Shown: piece by piece, positions 19,046 through 28,149 of the stretch
Position numbering within the stretch: the stretch's first letter is position 1
Layout: every line of letters starts with the position of its first letter
DNA from: Planctomycetota bacterium
GTDB taxonomy: Bacteria > Planctomycetota > UBA11346
Assembly (NCBI GenBank): GCA_038231435.1
Contig: JBBRLJ010000048.1
Location: 1-38,480, forward strand
DNA length: 38,480 nucleotides
Direction: 5' to 3'
Made by a program: the position numbers and the translations under genes
Notes under the pieces: model-generated
Told to the model about the DNA's origin: nothing
The model's database searches: none
The model's input: the letters and a program-made list of their open reading frames with translations, nothing else

Positions 19046-19132
19046 CGGTCGTTTCGACCAGATCCCAAATCGGAAGACAGTGATCGCCTTCGGAACCTCG
19101 CGGGAGGCCTCCGTCGTATGGGACGCAATACC

Positions 19133-19624
19133 TCAGCCGGTCAGATCATCGTCGCGTGTCTGCCCGAGCCATTCCTCGATCAGGGCGCGATTGACGGTGA
19201 AATGCGCGTTGGCGAGCAGGCGCCCGCGCGAACGCGCGAACACCCGGGCGAGGAATTCGGAGACGATGCCGCTGTCGTGCAGGCGCCGCCGGTTGCGCCT
19301 GAAGCCCTCGCGCGACCACATCGGATCCGCCAGTTCGATGCCGACGAACCAGCGGAACAGCAGATTGTACTCCAGTTGCTCGAGCAGCTGCCGCTCGCTC
19401 GGCACCGAGTACAGCGCCCACACCATCAGCGCGCGCAGCACCTGTTCGGCGGGGATGGCGTGGCGACCCTTGCGGTCGTAGACCGCATCGATGCGCGTCC
19501 TCAGTTCCGCCAGCACCACCGCCGCCGCGGTGCGCACCGTGCGGATCGGATGCTTCGCGGGCACGCGCTCCTCGACGGTCACGAAGTTGAAGAGCTTGGT
19601 CTGTGAGGCGTCGCTTCCGCGCAT
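19133..19624 (-). CDS. IS5/IS1182-type (DUF772) transposase N-terminal domain only; DDE domain absent
   Basis: MRGSD..Q..LF, HPIR, GRHAIPAEQVLRAL, LYSVPSERQLLEQLEYNLLFRWFVG, F.RNR.RL and HFTVNRALIEEW (canonical HFSVDGTLIEAW). Confidence 0.85.
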   Translation of the reverse strand: MRGSDASQTKLFNFVTVEERVPAKHPIRTVRTAAAVVLAELRTRIDAVYDRKGRHAIPAEQVLRALMVWALYSVPSERQLLEQLEYNLLFRWFVGIELADPMWSREGFRRNRRRLHDSGIVSEFLARVFARSRGRLLANAHFTVNRALIEEWLGQTRDDDLTG

Positions 19625-19626
19625 GG

Positions 19627-20622
19627 TCAGGCCTTCGCGGCGCAGGCCGCATCGATGTCCTTCAGGTCGTCCGGGCCGAAAGCGAGGTTGTCGAGGCAGC
19701 CGACGTTCTCGGCCACCTGTTCAGGCGAGCTGGCCCCGATCAGCACCGAGGTCACGCGCTGATCCTTGAGCAGCCAGGCGAGAGCCATCTGTGCCAGGCT
19801 CTGCCCTCGACGCTTCGCGATCGCCGCCAGCGCCCGTGCCCGCGCCAGGGCCTCTGGCGTGAGCGTCGAGCGCAGCCAGCCCGCGTCCTTTTGCGCGGCG
19901 CGGCTTCCTTCAGGGATCCCGGACAGGTAGCGCTCGGTGAGCAGCCCCTGCGCGAGGGGACAGAAGGCGATCACGCCGACGCCGTAGCGCTCGGCGCTGG
20001 GCAGCACCTCGGTCTCGGCAGCGCGGGACAGCAGGTGGTAGTACGGCTGGTGGATGGTGATCGGCGCCCAGTCGTGGGCGCGCACCGTCTCGACCGCGCG
20101 CGTGAAGTGCGGATCGGGGTAGCTCGAGATGCCGGCGTACAGCGTCTTACCCTGGCGCACCAGCGTATCGAGAGCGCCCAACGTCTCATCGAGCGGTGTG
20201 TCCGGGTCGTAGCGGTGCGAGTAGAAGATGTCGAGGTGGTCCACGCCGAGCCGCTTGAGGCTCGCCTCGCAGCTCTCGATCAGATATTTGCGGCCGCCCC
20301 ATTCACCGTACGGGCCTGGCCACATGCGGTATCCGGCCTTCGAGCTGATCACCAGCTCGTTGCGCGGCATCTCGCTGAGGATGCGGCCGAAGAGCTCCTC
20401 GCTGTTGCCCGCGGGCTGGCCATAGTTGTTCGCGAAGTCGAAGTGCGTGATGCCGAGGTCGAAGGCGCGGAAGAAGATCTTCTTCGAAGCCTGATCGTCG
20501 CGATATCCACCGATCGCCTGCCAGCCGCCGAGACTCAGCGCTGGCAGCATCAGGCCAGAGCGTCCACAGCGCCGGTAACGCATACGTTCGTATCTGTCGG
20601 CCGCGAATTGAGCGAGCGCCAT
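19627..20622 (-). CDS. Aldo/keto reductase (YghZ/Gpr L-glyceraldehyde-3-phosphate reductase-like)
   Basis: YRRCGRSGLMLPALSLG, HFDFANNYG, SSKAGYRMWPGPYGEWGGRKYL and DIFYSHR. RBS AGGAGG precedes the ATG at 20622. Confidence 0.92.
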   Translation of the reverse strand: MALAQFAADRYERMRYRRCGRSGLMLPALSLGGWQAIGGYRDDQASKKIFFRAFDLGITHFDFANNYGQPAGNSEELFGRILSEMPRNELVISSKAGYRMWPGPYGEWGGRKYLIESCEASLKRLGVDHLDIFYSHRYDPDTPLDETLGALDTLVRQGKTLYAGISSYPDPHFTRAVETVRAHDWAPITIHQPYYHLLSRAAETEVLPSAERYGVGVIAFCPLAQGLLTERYLSGIPEGSRAAQKDAGWLRSTLTPEALARARALAAIAKRRGQSLAQMALAWLLKDQRVTSVLIGASSPEQVAENVGCLDNLAFGPDDLKDIDAACAAKA

Positions 20623-20723
20623 GGTACCTCCTGGGGTCCATCGAGCCGTGATCCCGCGCGGATTCAAGGACCGATCTGAGGCGCGATCCTTGGCGGCCGC
20701 CGGCCACGGCGCTATGGTTCTGC

Positions 20724-21887
20724 ATGACCCTGCCGTTCGGCTTCTTCTCGGCCATCAGGGCCCGGCTGAAAAAAGCGCGCCAGCGTGGTCAGCGCCTTGA
20801 GATCGACGTGATCGCCTGCGCCAAGTTCGCCGAGAGCGGCGACGCCATCAGCCTCTCGCGGCATCTGATTGAGCATCCCGATTGGCTGCGCGAGAAGGAC
20901 GCCGACGGTTGGACGCTCCTGCACGTGGCGGCGGCTCGAGGCCAGCGCGCGGTGCTGGATCTGCTGCTCGACTTCGGCGCCGACGTCTCGGCCGCCGACC
21001 AGCGCGGCGCGACACCGCTGCATTGGGCGTCGTCCCATGGACACGTCGCCCTGGTGGAGCGCCTGGTCGCCCGCGGAGCCAGCACCGACGCCCGCGATCG
21101 CCGCACCGGCGGTTCTCCGCTGCACTGGGCGGCGACGCACGGCCAGCGCGCCGTCGTCGAGGCGTTCATCGGCATGTTCGTCAAGGTCGATTCCCGGACC
21201 AGTCTGCACCAGCAGACGGCGCTGCACTGCGCCGCATCCGAGGGACACGCTGAAGTCGCCGATCTGCTGATCGCAGCTGGGGCAGACGTCACGACGCGCG
21301 ACGACGGCGGCAGGACTCCTCTGCACGCCGCGGTTCTGATGGGGCACATCGAGGTGGCGAAGGCCCTGGTGGAATGGGGTGCCGACATCGAGGCCCAGGA
21401 GAGCCACGGCTGGACTCCGCTGTCCATCGCGGTGCGCAAGGCGCAGCGCGAAGCCTATCGATATCTCCTGTCAAAAGGCGCGAAATGCAGTCAGGGGGAC
21501 GTCTACCTCATGACCCCGCTGCACATGGCGAGCGAGGACGGCCATGTCGATCTGGTCGAGGACCTGCTCATGCGCAAGGCTCCGGTGAACGCGCGTGAAT
21601 CGAATGGCCAGACGCCGCTTCTGCTCGCGGCCGAACGCGGTCATCTGCCCGTCGTCGAGGTGCTGCTGGCGGCGCGGGCAGACGTGAACGCGCGCGATCA
21701 CGTCGGCCAGACGGCGCTGCATCGCGCGGCGTTCAAGGGACGCCGCGATATCGTGGCCGTGCTGCTCGCCCATGGCGCCGACGTGAACGCGCGCGCCCAG
21801 GACGACACCACACCGCTGCGCGTGGTGGTGCGGCATCGCCACCCGGAGTTGGTCGATCTGCTGGTGGGGCACGGGGCGAAGGACTGA
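20724..21887 (+). CDS. Ankyrin-repeat protein (paralog 1)
   Basis: About 10 repeats of G.TPLH.AA..GH...V..LL..GAD; no signal peptide evident. Confidence 0.95.
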   Translation: MTLPFGFFSAIRARLKKARQRGQRLEIDVIACAKFAESGDAISLSRHLIEHPDWLREKDADGWTLLHVAAARGQRAVLDLLLDFGADVSAADQRGATPLHWASSHGHVALVERLVARGASTDARDRRTGGSPLHWAATHGQRAVVEAFIGMFVKVDSRTSLHQQTALHCAASEGHAEVADLLIAAGADVTTRDDGGRTPLHAAVLMGHIEVAKALVEWGADIEAQESHGWTPLSIAVRKAQREAYRYLLSKGAKCSQGDVYLMTPLHMASEDGHVDLVEDLLMRKAPVNARESNGQTPLLLAAERGHLPVVEVLLAARADVNARDHVGQTALHRAAFKGRRDIVAVLLAHGADVNARAQDDTTPLRVVVRHRHPELVDLLVGHGAKD

Positions 21888-21893
21888 CTATTT

Positions 21894-21976
21894 GTTGGGG
21901 GGCTACGGCTGTCAGTTGGGGGGCTAAGGCCCCCCACCATCGCGCTCTGCGCTGCCCCCCGGGAAGAAACGGGCAG
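21894..21976 (+). repeat. REP-like repeat, copy B
   Basis: gttggggggctacggctgtcagttggggggctaaggccccccaccatcgcgctctgcgctgccccccgggaag; closely similar to the reverse complement of 23751-23828. Confidence 0.8.
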
Positions 21977-22013
21977 TGAAGGCTGGGAGCAGGCGGGGCG
22001 CTGCTCCAACTTG

Positions 22014-22337
22014 TCAGGCGGAGGTTTTGCGGCGGTGGGAGAGGTCGAGGTAGAGGTTGTAGCCGGCGACGGTCATGGGGAACATGTTCTGCAGGATGCC
22101 GACGCTGTCGTTCTTGCCGAAGACGAAGTACGAGAGGGTCATGCCGGCGCCGAGCAGGCTGATCCACCAGAACATGGTGGGGATCTCGGCAGTGCCGGTC
22201 TCATGCCGGTGCCAGGCCTGAACGAACCAGCGCAGGGTAAAGCACAGGGCGCCGAACAGGCCGATCAGTTTCCAGGCGGTGAGGACGAAGATGGGGTGGC
22301 CGTCGGCGGCCAGCATCTGGTAGAGGACGTGGTTCAT
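22014..22337 (-). CDS. Lipid-A-disaccharide synthase N-terminal (LAB_N) domain small membrane protein
   Basis: 107 aa; WKLIGLFGALCFTLRWFVQAW...IPTMFWWISLLGA...DSVGILQN...YNL. It is the 3' part of the 637-aa ORF in the track. Confidence 0.85.
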   Translation of the reverse strand: MNHVLYQMLAADGHPIFVLTAWKLIGLFGALCFTLRWFVQAWHRHETGTAEIPTMFWWISLLGAGMTLSYFVFGKNDSVGILQNMFPMTVAGYNLYLDLSHRRKTSA

Positions 22338-22487
22338 GTGGGTGGGGCATCGTAAGACCCCCTGGCGCGCGGCAACCCGCGCCGAGCAGGCCGTTTGCGC
22401 GCTGCTCAGCGCCAGGATGAGGCACACCGGGAATGTGCTGCCGAAGCTGGACTTTGCTCGCGTCGCGCCATGGGGTAAACCGGTGCC

Positions 22488-23663
22488 ATGGCCCTGTCCA
22501 CCGCCTACTACCGCGTCCTGAATACCCATGCGAGCCGCGAGCCCGGGCCGGGAAAATTCAAGACCGAGTTCATCAACGTCTCGTTCCACGCCGAGACCGG
22601 CGATCTCGCCAATCTCAAGACCCTCATCGATCCGCATCCCGAATGGATGCGCCAGAAGGGGGCCGAGGGCTGGACGCTCCTGCATCTCGCCGCGGCGCAC
22701 GGCCAGCGCGAGGTGGCCGAACTGTTGCTCGCGAAGGGCTCGGCGATCGACAGCCGCGACGACGATGGCGCCACCCCGCTGCATTGGGCAGCGGCGAGCG
22801 GGCACGCCCACCTGGTGAACCTGCTGCTGCGTAAGGGCGCCTTGATCGACCTCGACACCAATACCGGCGAGACGCCGCTGCATTGGGCCGCGTCGCACGG
22901 CAAGGCCGATGTCGCCTCGCTGCTGGTGTCGCGAGGGGCGTCGGTGCACGCCCGTGCCGTCAAACGGCGCTCCTTCACTCCGCTGCACCTCGCATGCGCC
23001 GACGGCCATCGCCAGATCGCCACCATGCTCATTGACGCCAAGGCCGAGGTGGACTGCCCCGACAGCGGTGGCAAGACGCCGCTGCATTGGGCCATCGCCG
23101 GCGGCCACCTGCAGGTGGCCGAGCTGCTGCTCGCCCGCGGAGCGCTGGTCGACCCGCTCGACGAGAGCGGGCTGACGCCGCTGGCGGTCGCTGTCCAGAA
23201 AGGTCACGCGCCATCTGTCCAGCTGCTGCTCGCGCGCTCCGCCAATCCCGATGTCGCCGACGCCGGCGGCGCTACTCCGCTGCACAACGCCGCGGCGATG
23301 GGCAATGGCGAACTCGCGCGCATGCTCATCTCGAATCGCGCCGCCGTCGGCGCCACCGACGCGGCGGGCCAGACCCCGTTGCATCGCGCCGCCGAGAACG
23401 GCCATCGCGGGCTCGTCGATCTGCTGCTCGCGCGCGGCGCGCTGGTGGGCGCCACGGATCTCCACGGCATGACTTCGCTGCACCGCGCCTCGTCGCGTGG
23501 CCACCTCGAGGTCATCTCCCTGCTGCTCGCCAACGGCGCCGATGTCAACGCCAAGGACCACCACGAACTCACCCCTCTGGGCGTGGTCATCCGCCACCGC
23601 CACCCCGAAGCCGCGAGCGCCCTCGAACGGGCCGGCGGAACTTCCGCCCCCAGCGACGGCTGA
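22488..23663 (+). CDS. Ankyrin-repeat protein (paralog 2)
   Basis: About 10 ankyrin repeats; shares distinctive N- and C-terminal caps with paralog 1. Confidence 0.95.
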   Translation: MALSTAYYRVLNTHASREPGPGKFKTEFINVSFHAETGDLANLKTLIDPHPEWMRQKGAEGWTLLHLAAAHGQREVAELLLAKGSAIDSRDDDGATPLHWAAASGHAHLVNLLLRKGALIDLDTNTGETPLHWAASHGKADVASLLVSRGASVHARAVKRRSFTPLHLACADGHRQIATMLIDAKAEVDCPDSGGKTPLHWAIAGGHLQVAELLLARGALVDPLDESGLTPLAVAVQKGHAPSVQLLLARSANPDVADAGGATPLHNAAAMGNGELARMLISNRAAVGATDAAGQTPLHRAAENGHRGLVDLLLARGALVGATDLHGMTSLHRASSRGHLEVISLLLANGADVNAKDHHELTPLGVVIRHRHPEAASALERAGGTSAPSDG

Positions 23664-23750
23664 GCGCCGCGCAACCGAGCCACCCACTCCGTGCCGCCGC
23701 AGGCGCACCTCGGCCGCGCGCCGCGTCCCCGACTCGCGCCCCTCATCCAC

Positions 23751-23828
23751 CCTGCTCCCCGTCTCCTGGGGGGCAGCGCGGAGCGCGATGTTGGGGGGCC
23801 GTAGTCCCCCAACTGAAAGCCCCCCAAC
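23751..23828 (-). repeat. REP-like repeat, copy C (inverted relative to B)
   Basis: Reverse complement: gttggggggctttcagttgggggactacggccccccaacatcgcgctccgcgctgccccccaggagacggggagcagg. Confidence 0.8.
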
Positions 23829-23911
23829 GGACAGTCGAGGGTTGAACCAGATCAACCTGGGGGTGCAAGGATGCCGCGGGTATACCACTGGCTCTGAACT
23901 AGGAGCCTGAA

Positions 23912-24151
23912 ATGACACGCATCCCATTCCTCATTGCCACCTCTGCCATCGCGCTCGCCATGCTCGGAGGCTGCAACGGACGAGACGACCGCAGCGCCCG
24001 CCACCAAGACAAGAACACCATCGAGGAGCGCTCGAGCCCCGTGACCATCCGCACGCAGCGCGAGGAGCCCACCGACCAGAATGCGACCGTCGGCGTGGTC
24101 GACGTGCCGCCGAACACGGGCGGTTCGGTGATCGAACCGACCCACTGGTGA
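23912..24151 (+). CDS. Small hypothetical lipoprotein
   Basis: Signal peptide with lipobox LGG-C; RBS AGGAG. Confidence 0.75.
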   Translation: MTRIPFLIATSAIALAMLGGCNGRDDRSARHQDKNTIEERSSPVTIRTQREEPTDQNATVGVVDVPPNTGGSVIEPTHW

Positions 24152-24166
24152 GATGGTGAGATATGG

Positions 24167-24220
24167 GAATCGCCCTCGCGCCTCTAGTAGGCCTCTAGGG
24201 CGAGGACGCGAGGGCGATTC
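24167..24220. terminator. Hairpin between convergent genes
   Basis: GAATCGCCCTCGCG (24167-24180) and CGCGAGGGCGATTC (24207-24220) form a perfect 14-bp inverted repeat. Confidence 0.55.
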
Positions 24221-24330
24221 GGATCCGCCGCAATCCATGTGGTGCAAGATGGATCAGGGCGCCGTCGGCTCGGCCATGCCGCCTGGGCAACGTCTACGTA
24301 TACAGATATGACCTACATCCCAGCCGCAGA

Positions 24331-24777
24331 TTAGCGGCTGGGACGCATCCTGCGGCTCTCTGCTCCGAGCAGCGCGGATGCGCTGGGATAGCGTCCGTCG
24401 ACATAGTACCAGCGCTCGTCGACGCGCTTGAAGGTCGATACCTCGTGATGCCGGTGCTTGCGGCCGTCGCGGGTGTACCACGCGACGAACTCGACGGATC
24501 CATCCTGGTCGGTGGGTTCACCGCCGGTGCGCGACTTGATCTCGAGCCCGAGCCAGCGCGAGCGCCGTGCCCATTCCAGCGTGGTCTCGCGGTCGAACAG
24601 GTATTGCTGGTCGGGCGCGTAGGTGCGCAGCAGGAAATCGATGTGGTGCTTGGTGTAGGCGGTGTACCGCGCCCGCATCAGCGCTTCGGCCGTGGGGGCA
24701 TCCTGGTCGCCAGCGATGAACGGCTCGCAGCAGGCAGGGAAGGCCTTGTCGCTACCACAGGGACATGTCATGGACAT
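24331..24777 (-). CDS. YchJ-family SEC-C motif protein
   Basis: CPCGS...CCEP, TAEALMRARYTAY, WLGLEI, VEFVAWY, HHEVSTF and WYYVDG. The start may be 24771. Confidence 0.92.
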   Translation of the reverse strand: MSMTCPCGSDKAFPACCEPFIAGDQDAPTAEALMRARYTAYTKHHIDFLLRTYAPDQQYLFDRETTLEWARRSRWLGLEIKSRTGGEPTDQDGSVEFVAWYTRDGRKHRHHEVSTFKRVDERWYYVDGRYPSASALLGAESRRMRPSR

Positions 24778-24858
24778 GGACTATAGTCCTCGACCACGGC
24801 GGGGTCGAAAAAAAACCGCAACTTTCAGCACGCTCTTTTCCACTCTGTTTTTCGACTC

Positions 24859-24888
24859 CATCCGCATCCGCATCCGCATCCGCATCCG
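24859..24888. repeat. Hexamer microsatellite (CATCCG)x5
   Basis: Five perfect tandem units in the ABC-F/YchJ intergenic region. Confidence 0.9.
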
Positions 24889-24963
24889 GATTCGAGGGCC
24901 ACTCTCGAGGGCCACTGACGCGGGCGGGGGGAGGCGGGCCGATCGGCCAGGTTCCAGCAGGGC

Positions 24964-26799
24964 TCAGCTGCGGGCGCGCTCGCCGCCCTCGAGATCCTCG
25001 TTCACCGCCAGCCAATCCGCCTCTTCGCTCTCGAGCGAGGCCATCACCTCGCCAAGGCGCTTGCCGCGTTCCGCGGTCTGCACTCCCGGCTGTTCGGCCA
25101 TCAGTCCTATCAGGCGCTGCTTTTCCGCCTCGAGCGTCGCCACCTGGCGTTCGATGGCCTTGGCGCGCATGCGCAGCTTGGCGAGGTCGCCGTCGCTACG
25201 CTTGCGCGGGCCGGCTTCTGCGCTGGGCTTGGCGACCGTACCAGGTTTCGCGACATCGGCTTTAGCGATGCGCACGGTCGGTTTCGCCGCCGCCTTGCGA
25301 TCCTCGGCGACCTCCTTCTCGACCCGGTAGACGTACGAGCCGTAATCATCGGGGTAGAGCTTCACGCCGCCGTCGCGCACGTCGACGATGTGGGTCGCGA
25401 CCAGACTCACGAAGGTGCGGTCGTGGCTGGTGAAGAAGAGCGTGCCGTCGTACTGGGCGAGCGCCGCGGCCAGCGCCTCGACGGTCTCGAAGTCGAGATG
25501 GTTGGTGGGTTCGTCGAGTAGCAGCACCGGGCACTTCGACAGCAGCAATCCGGCGAGGCACAGGCGCGAGCGCTCGCCCCCGCTGAGCACCGAGATCTTC
25601 TTCTTCACGTCGTCGCCGCGGAACAGGAAGCTGCCCGCCATGTCCTGCATCTGCTGGGTGGTGACATAGCCGGGGCCGGCGGCCGCGCAGCGCTCGAGAT
25701 GGGCGAGGACCGTGCGGTTCGGGTCCATCGAGGTGAAGACGTGTTGCGCGTAGTAACCGACGCGGATCTCGTGGCCCCACTTGAAGGTGCCGCCCAACGC
25801 GGGCAGCGCCGCGGCGATGGTGTTCAGGAAGGTGGTCTTCCCCTGGCCGTTGTCGCCGAGCACGGCCACGTGGCTGCCGCGGTCGATCTCGAAGGTGATC
25901 TCCTTCGCCACTGTCTTGCCTGGATATCCGATCGAGAGGTTGTCGACGCGCAGGGCGACGCCCTTGCGTTCCTCGACCTTGGGGATCGAGATGTTCACCT
26001 CGGCGGTCGGATGATCGATCTCGATGGTGCTCAGGCGCTCGAGCATCTTCATCTTCGACGCGGCCTGGGTCGCCTTCGAGGCCTTGGCCTTGTTCTTCGC
26101 GATGAAGGTCTCGAGCTCCTTGCGACGGATGGCCACGCCGGTGTTGTGGTGCTCGGCCTGCTGCAGCCGCTCCTCCTTGTGCGCGAGGTATGCTTCGACG
26201 TTGCCGGGATGGAAGGTGATTTTCCCACCGCCGACCTCGATGGTCTGGTGGCAGGTCTTCTTGAGGAATTCGCGATCGTGCGAGACGATCATGAATCCGC
26301 CATCGTAGTTGGCGAGGAAGTCCTCGAGCAGGATGAGGGTCTTCAGATCGAGGTAATTGGTCGGCTCGTCGAGGATCAGGAAATTCGGATCGCGCAGGAG
26401 CATCGCCGCGAGCTTCACGCGCGTCTGGAATCCGCCGGACAGGCTGGTGACGGTGCGGGCGAGCAGCTCGTTCGAGAGCAGGAACTTGCCGGCGAGCTTG
26501 CCGCACTCCCAGTCCTCGCGTTCCGAATAGCGCATCAGGAAGCCGAGCACGGTCTCGTCGGCCTGGAAAGGATCCTTCTGCTCGAGGTAGCTCAGGCGCA
26601 GCTCGTCGCTGCGGGTGACGGTGCCGCCGTCGGCCTCCTCTTCGCCGAGGATGATCCGGCAGAGCGTGGACTTGCCCGCGCCATTGCGACCGATCACGCC
26701 AATCTTGTGGTCGTCGAAGATCGAGACCGAGGCCCCGTCGAGGATGACGTTGGTGCCGTAATGCTTGTGCAGGTCGTCGATGGTGATGAGGGTGCGCAC
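24964..26799 (-). CDS. ABC-F family ribosome-associated ATPase
   Basis: Two ABC domains (GRNGAGKST / LSGG / LDEPTNYLD and GDNGQGKTT / LSGGE / LDEPTNHLD), an inter-domain linker and a C-terminal coiled coil, with no TM segments. GTG start. Confidence 0.95.
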   Translation of the reverse strand: MRTLITIDDLHKHYGTNVILDGASVSIFDDHKIGVIGRNGAGKSTLCRIILGEEEADGGTVTRSDELRLSYLEQKDPFQADETVLGFLMRYSEREDWECGKLAGKFLLSNELLARTVTSLSGGFQTRVKLAAMLLRDPNFLILDEPTNYLDLKTLILLEDFLANYDGGFMIVSHDREFLKKTCHQTIEVGGGKITFHPGNVEAYLAHKEERLQQAEHHNTGVAIRRKELETFIAKNKAKASKATQAASKMKMLERLSTIEIDHPTAEVNISIPKVEERKGVALRVDNLSIGYPGKTVAKEITFEIDRGSHVAVLGDNGQGKTTFLNTIAAALPALGGTFKWGHEIRVGYYAQHVFTSMDPNRTVLAHLERCAAAGPGYVTTQQMQDMAGSFLFRGDDVKKKISVLSGGERSRLCLAGLLLSKCPVLLLDEPTNHLDFETVEALAAALAQYDGTLFFTSHDRTFVSLVATHIVDVRDGGVKLYPDDYGSYVYRVEKEVAEDRKAAAKPTVRIAKADVAKPGTVAKPSAEAGPRKRSDGDLAKLRMRAKAIERQVATLEAEKQRLIGLMAEQPGVQTAERGKRLGEVMASLESEEADWLAVNEDLEGGERARS

Positions 26800-26987
26800 G
26801 TTTGGCTTGCTGGTTGAGGGGTCGATGGCGGCGGAGAGCTCGTGAATCGTGAGGGGGCATCGTAGGAGGTCGGGGACGAGGGAAAGGGCATCCCGGGCCT
26901 GACGTGTGAGCCGCTAAAGGCCCAGTAGGGGCTTTGTGCTGGTCGCGGAGCACATCCGCGCGCAGCTTCCGCCACCAGGAGCTCGTT

Positions 26988-27503
26988 ATGGACCAGGCCT
27001 TGCTGCGGGATCCGAAAGTCATGGGTGTCGGCATCGGCGCGATCGTGCTGATCCTCGTCCTCGCGATCACCTGCCTCGTGCAGTCGAGCAAGGCGGGCAC
27101 GATGGCCCGCCAGCTGGGCGATGAGAAGTCCGCTCGCCAGAAGACCGAGGAGGATCTCGGCCGAGCGAAGCATGAGGCCTCCGCCGCCACCACGATGGTG
27201 GACAAGGTACGCAGCGAACGCGATGCCGAGACCGCCGCGCGCAAGCAGGCCGAGCAGAAGCTCGAGGTCGAGATCAAGGAGCACAAGGCCGCCGACGTCG
27301 CCGCGCAGGACGAGGTCAGGAAGCGCGAGAAGGCGGTCGAGGAACAGAAGCGTGTCGAGACCGAGCGCAAGGCGGCTGCCGACGATCGAGACCACCAGTA
27401 CGAGGCTCGCCGCAAACTCCAGGACTCGTACGACGACCTGATGAAGCAGTACCGCGAGCTGAAGCAGCAGGCCGCGCAAGCGGAGCCGGGAAAGAAGCCC
27501 TGA
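26988..27503 (+). CDS. Hypothetical single-TM coiled-coil protein
   Basis: N-terminal TM (VMGVGIGAIVLILVLAITCLV) then an E/K/R/A-rich coiled coil; RBS CAGGAG. Confidence 0.8.
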   Translation: MDQALLRDPKVMGVGIGAIVLILVLAITCLVQSSKAGTMARQLGDEKSARQKTEEDLGRAKHEASAATTMVDKVRSERDAETAARKQAEQKLEVEIKEHKAADVAAQDEVRKREKAVEEQKRVETERKAAADDRDHQYEARRKLQDSYDDLMKQYRELKQQAAQAEPGKKP

Positions 27504-27703
27504 TCCCTCCCGTTGACCACCTCATTGATTGAGCGTAGCGATCACTAGCTCGAGACAGCGCGCGCCCCAAGCGTTCTACAACCTGCGGGATTTCCTCCGG
27601 TTTGCGTGGCTAACCCAGCGGGCTTGGAGATAATGCCAGTGGAACCGCGGTAGGCGTATCATCCGAAGCTCGTCGCCTCGTATTCATGTCGCATCTCACC
27701 ATC

Positions 27704-27733
27704 GACGGAGACGGAGACGGAGACGGAGACGGC
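27704..27733. repeat. Hexamer microsatellite (GACGGA)x4 plus GACGGC
   Basis: Tandem units directly upstream of the HPF-like gene. Confidence 0.85.
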
Positions 27734-27767
27734 GATGTACCCATGCCCGCGATTCCACGAGGGCAAC

Positions 27768-28115
27768 ATGAAGATCACCATCCATGGCCATCTGGTGCCT
27801 ATATCCCCGGCCCTCGCTGGCATGGCTCGAGACCGACTCGTCCTTGCCCTCGGGCCGTATGCCGCGGCGGTGCGCACGGTCACCGTGCGTTTGGTCCAGA
27901 CCTACCGCTTCCGGCCACCGCAATGGGTCTCGGTCGTCGATCTCGGCCAGCAGGGGACTGTCATCACCCGCGCCGACGCCAGCGACCGCGTCGCCGGACT
28001 GATCGATCTCAGTCGGCGCTCGAGTGAGAGCGTTGCCCACAAGCTCTCGGGCGCCGCTCCCAAGCGCGGGTCGGCGCGCCTGCGGGTGCAAGGCGCCGCG
28101 GCACGACGCGGCTGA
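27768..28115 (+). CDS. HPF/RaiA-like (sigma54-modulation fold) protein, divergent
   Basis: MKITIHGHLVPISPAL...RLVLALGPYAAAVRTVTVRL resembles the HPF/RaiA N-terminus. Confidence 0.6.
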   Translation: MKITIHGHLVPISPALAGMARDRLVLALGPYAAAVRTVTVRLVQTYRFRPPQWVSVVDLGQQGTVITRADASDRVAGLIDLSRRSSESVAHKLSGAAPKRGSARLRVQGAAARRG

Positions 28116-28149
28116 AGGCCCCCGAATGCGCTTGATTGAAGGCGATCGG

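Noticed and set aside
19046..19630. Active IS5-family element
   Set aside because: No terminal inverted repeats, target duplication or DDE domain are visible.
22014..23927. 637-aa minus-strand ORF suggesting a large LAB_N fusion
   Set aside because: Most of it is the antisense shadow of ankyrin 2; only the last 107 codons look like a real protein.
25346..27520. 724-aa minus-strand ORF
   Set aside because: Alternate frame of the ABC-F gene and antisense to the coiled-coil gene; Arg/Pro-rich with no motifs.
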